This document shows, piece after piece, positions 1-9,996 of a stretch of 64,000 nucleotides of DNA. The position numbers and the translations under genes were made by a program. Under the pieces are notes generated by a model that was not told where the DNA came from, ran no database searches, and was given only the letters and a program-made list of their open reading frames with translations. The stretch covers positions 3,038,011 to 3,102,010 of the forward strand of contig MU054117.1 in assembly GCA_013239625.1 (NCBI GenBank), given 5' to 3'. Numbering within the stretch: position 1 is the first letter of the stretch; each line of letters opens with the position of its first letter. The DNA comes from Lama guanicoe (Eukaryota).

Positions 1-479
1 CAATTTACTGGTCCCCACGTCACTGAGGTGCTGGGGGGCCTCCACACGGCCCCGCCCCAGCCGCTGGGCACTGGGCCGCCACGCTTCTCTCTGAGCTCAG
101 CTAAGCCCACGACCAGCACGTTTACAGGGGAAGCCAGGAGGGCCAGGCTGTCGGTCACGAACCCCCGAGCGCATGCTGCTCCGGGAACACATCTCCATAG
201 ACACTACTAGAAAGTTCTCTAGAACTTTCACGGCCAGGAGCACATCCTGCCGCCGCCCTCCTCCCGCCTAGGGGTATGTCTGTAACATACACCACCCGCT
301 CAGACAAGAGGCCCCGCAGGGGTCGGCGGCCACCCCACCCCCCTGACAGCCCTCCGGCCTCGGCCTCGGCCTCGGACGGACGAGGTCCTCGCAGGGACGA
401 CCGCCAGACATGCACGTTCTCCACTCATTCTCCACCCAAGCCGCGCTGGCTGTTCTCTCTCACTTCAGTGGGCTCTGGT

Positions 480-718
480 CATTTTGCTTCCCCTGACCTT
501 CCCATAAGACCCCTTGTGTAACTCCAACACCTAGCTCAAGTGTAACTTACGTCAATAAACCCTCCTGGTCCCCCAGACACCCTCTGGCAACACCTTCTCC
601 ACCCAAACTTGATCTCCAGGCCCTTGAGGTCCGTGTTCACTGCCCCTCTAGTGTCTAGAGCGGTGTATTATAGGCAGTCGGTGCTTGTTCAGTATTTGCT
701 GACTGACTGAGTGAATGC
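480..718 (+). mobile_element. L2 LINE 3' fragment
   Basis: Ends in an L2-type tail 'cagtatttgctgactgactgagtgaatg', preceded by degenerate L2 3' sequence. Confidence 0.5.
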
Positions 719-1397
719 TGACTTGATGTCTGGGGGAGACACTAACTCCTGGAGGGACGACCAGCAGAGCTGCCCGTCCCCCAGCTCAGAAAAGGGACCG
801 GGACTGAAGACGGGCACTGGGGAGGCACAGCTGCCACCTAGAAAGCTGCAGCCTCGGGGCCCACCCAGGAAGGACGTGCTGAGAGGACAAACTGGCTGCG
901 GGAGGCGACTTCAGGCGCAGAAGGAGACAGCGCAGCCAGGTCAAAACTATGATTCAGGGATAAATCATAGGAAGGAGAAGGAAGCCAAGGAGCACAGCCC
1001 CAGGAGATCCAAAGAAAGAGCCTGTGGGAAAACACCTCTCACGGCATGAATGCTGCAGACAGACAGAAGAGACTAGGGGCGGCCCGGTGGCGCTGTGTGG
1101 TGGCTCCGCAGTTCTTGGTGGCCTCCCGGCAAGTCAGGTGCTGGAGCGGACGCAGGGCTGGGGCTGAGGGATGGGCAGGAATGACAAAACGTGTGGGACT
1201 AGTCCCTCAAGAGGCGGGACAGAGAAAGGAGAGAACGGCAGCGCCAAGGGAGTCCACGAGCAGCTGTGAACATAAAGTAAGAGAGAAAACGCTGGCCCAG
1301 CAGGCGGAGCTCGGCACCGAGGCAGCAGCGTCATCACGGCTCCCACCGAGCGGCAGGACGGAGGCAGCGAGGACACGGACCTAGTGTAGACCTGCGG

Positions 1398-1438
1398 CTC
1401 ACCCACCTGCGCGGTCTCTCACCCACCTGCGCGGTCTC
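1398..1438. repeat. Tandem duplication of a 20-bp unit CTCACCCACCTGCGCGGTCT
   Basis: Two adjacent identical copies read directly. Confidence 0.85.
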
Positions 1439-2981
1439 GGGCGCGCCGTTCCCTCCTCCCTTGGCTAACCCAGAGAAAAGGAATCTGGGGAGAGTTCATC
1501 ACTCTCCATAAGGTAAGAGTTTATTACTGCAATAGATGATTTGTTACTTTTACAGACGTTTGTCATTTTTCATTTTCGCTCATCAGAGAGAAGCTGTAAT
1601 ACTGGTGTACTCACTCTAATTCGAGCAAAGGATAAGACAGTGGCAGAAACAGAGAAAGGCAGGACCAAGTCAGGGTGCGCAGAGGCAAGGCACCGATGGC
1701 GTCCCCTCCAGCTCCTGTCTACAGATCTTGCCCTTCTCCTAAACCGGAGACGTCAGTCAGGGCCACCTCCCCTAGGCGGGCGAGAACGGCCAGGAGGCCG
1801 GTTTACACCAGAGCCGAGCGCCTGCTGCTCAGTCAGTCTGTCTGCCTTGCGGTGGTGGGGGGAGGCTCAAGCTCACTCCATGGTGTCTGGTCAGTGAAAG
1901 GCTGGAGGAGAAGCATCGCTGACCTCATGACTGCCTTGAAAAATACAATAAAATTGTGTCCTGAGATAAAGCTTATTTATAGCTCCTTGATGATGGTATT
2001 TTAGGTTCTTGCACCCAAGAAAATGTTGCAAATTCAGCGGTGATTTTCCACACTCAAACTGTGTCATGGAGACTTCCCACATGTAAGGGGTTTCTGGGTA
2101 TTACCATGGCCAGAGTCAGCGCATTATTTCCTCAAAACACTTGCAAGTGGAATACAGTATCACGCAGAAGGCATGTTTGCAGTAGGGGGTATATCTGCAG
2201 ACCACAGGTGGCAAATCAAGGTCATAGATGCTACCAAAAAAAAATTACAGGGAGAATCTAGGCAGCAGGCTTCAATTTTAAAGCAGTTTGCTATGGCCTT
2301 CCTCTACAAAGTAGAATTTATTATATCATTCAATGGAAAGGAATGGTAAACAGTAATTTAAATTGATGGGTAATACGAAAGTCATCTGTATTTATCTTTC
2401 ACATTCATTGTGGTTTCTTTTTTTAAAGCCTCCCAGATATGTCTGGCTTAAGCAAACATTAAAATTAATTTTTATTCCATGAGTACAGCTGGACATACTA
2501 TCCAGATGCCTCCTCTATGAAAAGAAACTAACAAATTACAAGAGGAAACTCGTTTGCAGAATGTGGGTTGTATTTTTAAAGACAGAAACTGTCCTTATGG
2601 ACAGCATTTATATACTCAGAGGAAGACAAACAGTATCAGTAAGAAAACACAGCAGTACTAAGACCTAGCAGTGTGGCATGAAGTGTCAAAAGAAAATTTC
2701 GGGATTATAGGTGGAAAGCTCACCACTGTTAACAAAGTCAGCCTGCTCTACTGAAATCAAGCAAAATCACTGGGGTGATTTCAGAGAAAACCGAACATTC
2801 CTTCCAAAGGAAGGAGATAATGCTATAACAAACCAAATATGGGAGATATTCATTAATACCTTTATAATCCTCACAGCCATACAAGTGATCCAACAGCAAA
2901 TCCTGATGTATATGGTGGAGGAGGGAGACTGACTCATGGGAGCAAAAGCCTCTTCCTAGTCCTGATGTAATCCCCTCTGTT

Positions 2982-3100
2982 AATTCAAGGGATATTTACT
3001 GAGCGCTTACTGTATGCCAGGCCCTGTTCTCTAATTTGAGGATACCAGAGTAAACGAAACAGACAAAAATCTCTGCCTACATGGAGCTTATAACGTAGTG
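2982..3100 (-). mobile_element. L2 LINE 3' end
   Basis: 'atatttactgagcgcttactgtatgccaggccctgttct...acagacaaaaatctctgcctacatggagctta' is the typical antisense L2 tail. Confidence 0.75.
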
Positions 3101-4297
3101 AAGGATTTAAAACATGTGGCTTTAGGCGAGACATGTACTCGGATGACTGAGGAAAAATTCTTATTACGGAAAAACCAGGGAGAGAAGGAATGCCAATAAA
3201 AACAATACACACACACACATATACCTATATAATAACGTAGAATAAAGACTGCTGACAGTCAATACATAAAAAGGGAGTACATTCTCACAATTTGAAATTA
3301 TTTTTACTAAAATCAAATACCATTAAGTGCTTTCCTTTGATGTGGCCTTAAGTTAAAGGACTTTATAAATGCACTTTAAAAAAAAGGTTCTTAGATGATG
3401 ATCACAGTTGCATGACGGCCTTGGATAGAAACGAAAACTCCAGACCAACAAACTAGTTTGTACTGGATAAAAATTTAAAACCATAAGGGAATTTACTGAA
3501 AAAATCTCTAACTTTTCAGGAAATATATTCTAGGAAAGGAAAAAAAGAAGTTGAACAATTTGCGGATACGTGATTCTGCCATTTTTCCAGTCCCCTCGAA
3601 GGCGTAAATAGTCTATCTCTGCCCCGTTACTAGGGTACCGCATCTCTAACAGGAGACTGACTAACGGAATACTCCTGGCAAGCGGATTCCATTCTCCCAA
3701 CGCTGCATATTACATAAATGAACGTGTAAAAGCTAACTAAACAAAAACACACGCAGACACAATACAAATGCCGGAGGGAGACACAGGACCTGCAGCGGAA
3801 ACGTTCCAGCTCATCAGTTCTGTCCACTGGAAAAAACCTCAGAACTTCACCGTCCAGAGGCTTGGAACACACGCTCGGCACCCCTACGTTTTCAATGGCT
3901 GTCCCCCAAGAAGGGAAAAGGAGCCCTGACGGTCCCTCTGAGGCCCTCGCTTTAGACTGGGGGTGGGGGAAGCTGGCAGGTACACCTGAGGCCAAGGACG
4001 AGGACAGGTTCGAAGCCCAGGAACAGCCAGAAAGCGAAATGCAAAGTTTAGAGAGACGGTGGGGGGACGAGGGCGGAGAAACCACAGCAAGTCAGAATCA
4101 ATCACCGGGACAGGACAGCCACTCGGCGCTGGGACCCCGCCGAGCCGCCGTCTCCGCTCGGGAGGCTCGGGGTCTTTGCGCCCCCGGAACTCAACAGCCG
4201 GCCGCGCCAGCCGAGGGGGAGCAGTTCCCGGGAACCCCTCCCGCCCTCTCCCGTCAACCCCGCCCATCGGTCCGCCCCGTCCCGCCCGGCTACTCAC

Positions 4298-4315
4298 CGG
4301 ATTCGCTTCCCACAT
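4298..4315 (-). CDS. PARP11: PARP11 (mono-ADP-ribosyltransferase ARTD11) first coding exon, 6 codons MWEANP, phase-0 intron follows
   Basis: Minus strand reads GCCACCGTT-ATG TGG GAA GCG AAT CCG | GTGAGT: purine at -3 and a consensus donor at 4297-4292. MWEANP matches the recalled N-terminus of human PARP11 (MWEANP-EMFHKAEELF...). It lies in a CpG island. No exon 2 was seen in 1-4297, so the gene continues left of the window. Confidence 0.9.
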
Positions 4316-4490
4316 AACGGTGGCGAAATCGAGCGGAGAGAGCCTGGGGGAAGGGGCTGGCCGCGGGGCCAGGATGCTGGGTTTTTCCTGAGGGTCCCAG
4401 GAGGTCAAGGGACTGAGGCGCAATCTCCACACAGGCCTCCTTCTCCCCCTCCCTGTCACAAGCCGGCCTCTTCGGACCCCCAACTCCCGA
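4316..4490 (-). other. PARP11: PARP11 exon 1 5'UTR (TSS approximate)
   Basis: GC-rich segment between the promoter motifs and the ATG, with no upstream ATG on the minus strand. The 5' boundary is inferred from the motif cluster, not observed. Confidence 0.6.
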
Positions 4491-4592
4491 CTTCCGGCCG
4501 AAGCCGGCCAATCAGCGCCAGCCCCGCCCCGCCCCCGGAAGCTCGCCCCGCCCCCACGTTCCCTTCCGGGCTCGGCGCGGAGTGGGCGGGGC
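4488..4592. promoter_or_regulatory. PARP11: PARP11 TATA-less core/proximal promoter, probably bidirectional
   Basis: ETS/GABP ACTTCCGG 4490-4497, CCAAT 4508-4512, overlapping GC boxes CCCCGCCCC from 4522 and 4546, CCGGAAG 4535-4541, CTTCCGG 4563-4569, GGGCGGGG at about 4584-4591. Confidence 0.85.
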
Positions 4593-5299
4593 TTGCGAGG
4601 GTCCGGTTGGGAGTGGAGGTTAAAGGGCGCCTAGGGCTGTTTCCCCACGGCCCCGCTCCCTCCGCTCGCAGGGATGCTCGACCCTGGCTGGCCGTCCTTC
4701 CTCCCGTATTTACTTGTCACCGTATAGTGAGTGTGGTGCCCAGAGGCAGACAGGGGTGGGAAGTAGTCGCCTGTGGGGCAGGCTTTCAGAGTGATCCGGG
4801 TCCTCGCGCTCAGAACGGAGGTGATAATGGTGTCGAAGGGTGTGGGCCGGTCGCTGGCGACGCCTCGCGCAGCGCTTGGCAGTGAGCGAGGGTCATTCGC
4901 CAAACGCGGTGCTAGGGAGGCTCCGGAACGAACGGGACTGACCCATGTGCAGTCCCCATGGAGCTTAGAGTTTAGAGAAAAAAGTAAGAAGTAAGTAAAG
5001 TAGGTAAATGAAAAGGTGCAGTGTGGCTTCTGGGTAGCTCGGCAGGTACAGGGCTCTTTGAGAGCGCGCTTGCCTAGCACAGGCTGCCTGCCCGCCCCCA
5101 TACGTTCCCCCACCCCCAAGACATTTAAGCTGAGATCTCAAGGATGTAGTCCTAAGGAAGTTCCCTGAGTAAAAGAGAGTCTGCAGGAGAGGAGGAATCT
5201 TCTAGGCAAAGAAGGAGCATCTGCCTATAGGAAGTGTGAAAACAGACATGTTAAGATCCACCTGAGCTCCCCTATACCTCCACACATTAAAAATATATA

Positions 5300-7165
5300 T
5301 ATTTTTTATTTGATCAAAGCGTACCTACAGATTTAGAGCTTGATTTTTTTCACTTACTATGATGTGGATATCCTTCATTCCAAAACATATGGGAAATATG
5401 TTTCACCATTTTAAAGTAGACTCCGAGCATTCCAGCGCTTTGATGTATGTTACTCACATAGGCATCTGAGATAATCCCTTGTGACAGATATTTAAGTACT
5501 TTTCAGTTTTTCGCTATTCCAAAAAGTGTAGCAACAGGCACTTCCATACAGGTATCTGTACGTTTGTTCATTAACCTTGAAATTAGTTTCTAGAAATGGA
5601 ATTGTTCAAGAAGAGATTATGGAAATTTCAAATTTTAATACATATTGCCAAACTACACTCAAGAATAGTGTGTAATTTTGAAATCTCTAATTTATGCTGA
5701 TAAATGAATTGGGGTAGGACCTTCACTTTACCTTTCTGTAAATTTAATTTTTGCCAAATGGTTAACGAGTTACCCTAGCCTCACTTATTGAATAATCTGT
5801 TCTTTCCCCACTACTTTGAAGTAACACCATTAATCACGAACTGAATTAATCACTATATATATTCTCATTGTTGTATTAACCATCTGCTTATTCATTCCAT
5901 GCTGTGCTACACTGTTACAATATTATAGCTTTCTCTCTATGTAAGTAATATATCTGCTTTCTCATGAAGCAAGTCCTCTCCTAATTCCCTACTTTCCAAA
6001 AATTTCACAGTCATGGGTCCTCCTGTTCAGGAACAACACCTCTTCATGTATTGAGGTCTCATATCTTTTAAATACATTAAAGCTTCTTTTTCCCAGAGAT
6101 TTGCTCGTGTCTTGTTAATTTGTTCCCAGATGTTGCATAGATTTTGTTGTTATGTGGATGAGATATTTTTCATTGCTGTAAGTTGGAAAAACTGTAGTTT
6201 TTTATCTACAGTTTGAATCCTACCACACTGTGAAAGTGTCTTATTTGTTTAAATAGCTTGTCAGCTGATCTCTCTGAATTTTTATTTCGACAGTTGTATC
6301 ATCTACAGATAAAGCAGTGTTCACTCTTCCTGGTGTATTGGCCAAAACTTCAGAAAAGTTTTGAATACAGGACAAGATAACAGGCATCCAGTCTTTAATG
6401 TGGTATGACAAGTACTTGCCCTAGTCGGTGTTAGCTATTCCTTAAGCACACTATCATCTTTAAAGAACTTTCTTTCAAAATACCATATGAGATCGCTCAT
6501 AGGGGGAATCTAAAACAAACAAACAAACAAACAAACAAACAAAACATAAATATAAAACAGAAACAGACTCATAGACATAGAATACAGACTTTTGATTGCC
6601 AAGGGGGCAGGGGGTGGGAAGGAATAGACTGGGATTTCAAAATGTAGAACAGATAAACAAGATTATACTGTATAGCACAGGGAAATACATACAAGATCTT
6701 GTGGGAACTCACAGAGAAAAAAATGTGACAATGAATGTATGTTCATGTATAACTGAAAAATTGTGCTCTACACTGGAATTTGACACGTTGTAAAATGATT
6801 ATAAATCAATAAAAAATATAAAAAAAAATAAAGAACTTTCTTTATATTCCTGATTTACTACATGCTTTTATTTGGGAAAGGATGTTAAGTTTTATCAACT
6901 GTTGAGCTCTGGTACTATATTCACTTCTACTCTGACTCCTTAATATAATGAACTATACCAGTAGATTTCCTAATGTTCAGCTCATACTTACCTTCTTGAA
7001 ATAAACTCTGCTTAGCCATATATTCATTTTTCCTTGAATAAACTGCTGGGTTCAATTTATTAATCTCTTATTTAGGAGTGAAATACATTTATATTGGTGA
7101 AATTGGTCTGTTGCTACAGGTGTTTTTTTGTGATTGTCTTGAACGAGTTTTGCAAAGCAAACAGC
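5300..7165 (-). mobile_element. Old, degraded L1 (L1M/L1ME-type) ORF2/3' region, interrupted by a younger L1
   Basis: T-rich antisense L1 phrases: 'tttctagaaatggaattg', 'atattgccaaact', 'tattgaataatctgttctttccccact', 'tattggtgaaattggtctgt'. Confidence 0.6.
6476..6829 (+). mobile_element. Young 5'-truncated L1 3'UTR with A-rich tail and perfect 14-bp TSD
   Basis: L1 3'UTR 'aacagaaacagactcatagacatagaa...gtatagcacagggaaatacatacaa...aatcaataaaaaa'. TSD AAAGAACTTTCTTT at 6462-6475 and 6830-6843, at a TT/AAAG endonuclease-like site. Internal (AAAC)n. Confidence 0.9.
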
Positions 7166-8379
7166 AGCAATGTAAACAGTTTAGGAATTAGCTCTTCCTC
7201 AAAGGTGGAGATGCTTTTTCACAAAGCTAGTTTAACTGGGAAGACTAGGACCAGGCCTCTGCGTTTGGTGGGGTTGGAGCTGTACTTCATTTCCCTGAAG
7301 ACCTGGGGTTGCCTGGGCTGGTGGCCAGAGAGCAAGTCGGAGAGAACGCAGCTGACCCGGATGTACAGCAGGTGGATGTGTTGTTAAAATGACTGCTGCA
7401 TCCCGAAGTCATACGAAGAGAACACATTTCATAAACTAGAATAGCTGTGAACACTTCAGTAGTGATTTTCTCTTATTATTCTGGGCTTATGACCTCTGTT
7501 GAGCTAGTATGGGAAGGGACCTTAGATTAACATTTATTTCTGGGGTCACTAACTGATAGCTAATGACTTTAGCATACAAAGTGTTTAAAAAAATTATGCA
7601 TACTGACTATGGACACTGGTTTTCTCAGGAAAGCCAGACAAACAGAAAACATTTTCCTTTATCCTTCACGTTTTCTACGTGGGTTCTGGGTGGAGATGTC
7701 TTAAGCCAGATGCTAAACCCAGCCCAGGGATCCTGAGTGATGGCAGCTCTCTGAATGCCAAGGGAGGAGGGAGGACATGCCCCAGGGGAAAGGAGAGGGG
7801 AGGGGGAAAAGAGGAGCAGAGGAGACCTCTCTCACCTCTGGAACACAAGAAAATAATCCATGGAGAAGACAGTAGGGGAAGGAAGAGGGTGGCCAGGTAA
7901 ATTTGTAGAGAAAATAAACAATATCCCCTAAGACAACAGAAAGAGAAAGGAGAACCAAGCACGTGGTGGGTGCAGGATATAGGGTTAACTATTGTTTGAA
8001 TGTTCTTTTCGTAATTGTTTTTGCTTTTAAAGGCCACATGTACAGCCAGAAACGGGGAGGGGGCACTAGGCGTGCATATGGGACACGGGCTGGACTGGAC
8101 AGAAAGGGGCGGCGGGAGACCGGAAGAGGCGCAGAGGGGGAGCCAGGGACCACGAGAGGGTCCAGGAGTGAGGCTGAAAAAGCTGCATCTGTACCCAGCG
8201 GCCCTGGATGTAGAGACCCAGCCTCAGTCTGAACAGGAGCCAACAATGCGGCAGCCCACACTCAGCCCTGCCGCTGGGGTCTGACGCGCTGGCAGCCCGG
8301 CAGGGATCGAGAGCGGGACGAGGGGATGAAACGTTTGCTGAAGCCGAGATGAGCACTCCCGGGAAGGAATTTTTTTTTC

Positions 8380-8680
8380 AAAACATCAAAATGAATCCCG
8401 TAAACCTTCCTAATTAGGAAACACGACGAGGAATTAAATTCAACCGGAAAAAACAATGAAGTGCTAACTAATTCACTCCCACGAAATGGCAAGGCTCCCT
8501 TGCAAACGCGGCCGCGATTAGCCCGCGCGGCCGGGCATCAGCATGCAGCTCACAGCGGCGGTCGGACGCGGCGGCGGGGTGTGGCCCTGCTCACTAGGGG
8601 ACGCCAAGTCTGACAAGGCGCTGGGCCGCCACGCTCCTGGCTGGGGCTCTCCTTCCAGAAACGCCGCTTAGCGTCTTCGG
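8380..8680. promoter_or_regulatory. Candidate enhancer with CpG-rich patch about 4 kb upstream of PARP11
   Basis: No recognisable repeat. TCF/LEF-like ACATCAAA, palindrome TTCCTAATTAGGAA 8407-8420, ETS ACCGGAA, SOX AACAATG, then dense CpG and a CTCF-like motif at 8591. Confidence 0.45.
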
Positions 8681-8994
8681 TCATCACGCTGTAAACAAGG
8701 GATGCTCTGGAAAAGGACAACAGACACGGCTTAGGAGAGAGTGTGCAGCTTTGGGGTGAAAAGCAGAAAGCAGGAAGGCCCAGCCCTAAGAAATCATTTT
8801 AAAAATTAGGAGCGGAGGAGGCAAGTGCAAGCCCCCAGTGGTGGAGAGGGCCGCGGGAGGGGCACGGCCTGCTCTGGGGCCGCTGCAGACCTGCGGGCTT
8901 CCGCCGGTCCCTAAGGAGCGCGCCCGAGGGAGATCGAGAGACCACGGCAGATTATCCACCAGGTTGTCCACTGTGAGCTGCCGCTCTTCCGTTC

Positions 8995-9365
8995 CTCATT
9001 CTGCAAATATTCAGCAAGCGCCTTCCATGTTCCAGGCGCCGTCTCTGGCCTCTTAGGAGGTACCATCGAATACACTGGAGGAAAATCCCCACCCTTGTGG
9101 AATTTACGTGCTGGGTGAGGTGATGGGTGGGCAGGCTTCGGGTTGGGGGGACGGACACAGACAATGTAATTAATAAGCACATTGTATAGGATGCTATGGG
9201 GAGACACGAGCCACAGAGAAAACGTAGATGGGGTAGGGGGTATTGAGAAGGTTCGGGGTGGTCCTCCCTGAGAGGGTAACATTTGAGGAGGTACGGGGGA
9301 AAATGCCTAATGACATCTGGGCCAAGAGTATTCCGTGCAGAGGGAACAGCTGCTTCGGAGTTCCT
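8995..9365 (-). mobile_element. L2 fragment
   Basis: 'caaatattcagcaagcgccttccatgttccaggc...cccacccttgtggaatttac...ctccctgagagggtaacatttgag' follows the antisense L2 layout. Confidence 0.6.
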
Positions 9366-9444
9366 AAGGAAAGCACGTGCATGCGTGTGTGTGTGTGGGT
9401 GTGTGTGTTTGTGGAGGGGGTGTGGTGCAGATGGAACAGGGCCC

Positions 9445-9640
9445 GGTATAACTATGTGCCTGGCACTGTTGTAAACTCTTTGTGCACATTAACAAGCATC
9501 ATTCTCACGACAACCCTACAAAGCAGGTACTCTCATCACCCACTTCTACAGACAAAGGAAGTAAGGCACAGAGAGATCACTGAACTTGTCTAGGGACATC
9601 CAATCCTTGGTGCCTGGCTTCAGAGCTCCCGATCACCACT
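9445..9640 (-). mobile_element. MIR SINE
   Basis: 'actatgtgcctggcactgtt...tctcacgacaaccct...acagacaaaggaagtaaggcacagagag...aacttgtctaggg' is the antisense MIR core. Confidence 0.75.
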
Positions 9641-9884
9641 CTCCATGGTTTCAATTCTCCCACTTCTGACACCAGCCCTGGTTGCCCAGTTGCAGCTGGA
9701 ATTCAAGTAACTCCCCTAAGATAAATTTATGATCTTTAAAAAAAACCCACTGCTGTTTCCTGCTTTATGGCTTATCACCCTCTCCCTGAGCCTCTGCCCC
9801 TTCTCCCACCACCCCGAGAACTGCTGTTTCCTGCAAGTTCATCACTGGGGTCCGTTGCTTCTGCCCAGAAAATCAAAGAAATGT

Positions 9885-9996
9885 CTATCGATAGTTTATG
9901 GCTAGATTTATGGATAAATGGATAAATGGCTAGATAGATAGTTTACGAACAGGCAGGTTTATGGAGAGAGTTTACGGGTAGATAGATTCAGTTTAG
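9885..9996. repeat. Degenerate low-complexity repeat (GATA / GTTTATGG units)
   Basis: Recurring 'tttatgg', 'ggataaat' and 'tagata' units. Confidence 0.55.

Larger units (their letters stand above)
3990..4945. promoter_or_regulatory. CpG island spanning PARP11 exon 1 and promoter
   Basis: Visibly high GC and dense CpG, flanked by AT-rich DNA at about 3.2-3.5 kb and beyond 5.3 kb. Boundaries by eye. Confidence 0.85.

Noticed and set aside
7094..7387. ORF containing EMLFHKA, reminiscent of PARP11 exon 2 (EMFHKAEE)
   Set aside because: Wrong strand and wrong side of exon 1, similarity does not extend, and it overlaps old L1. Coincidence.
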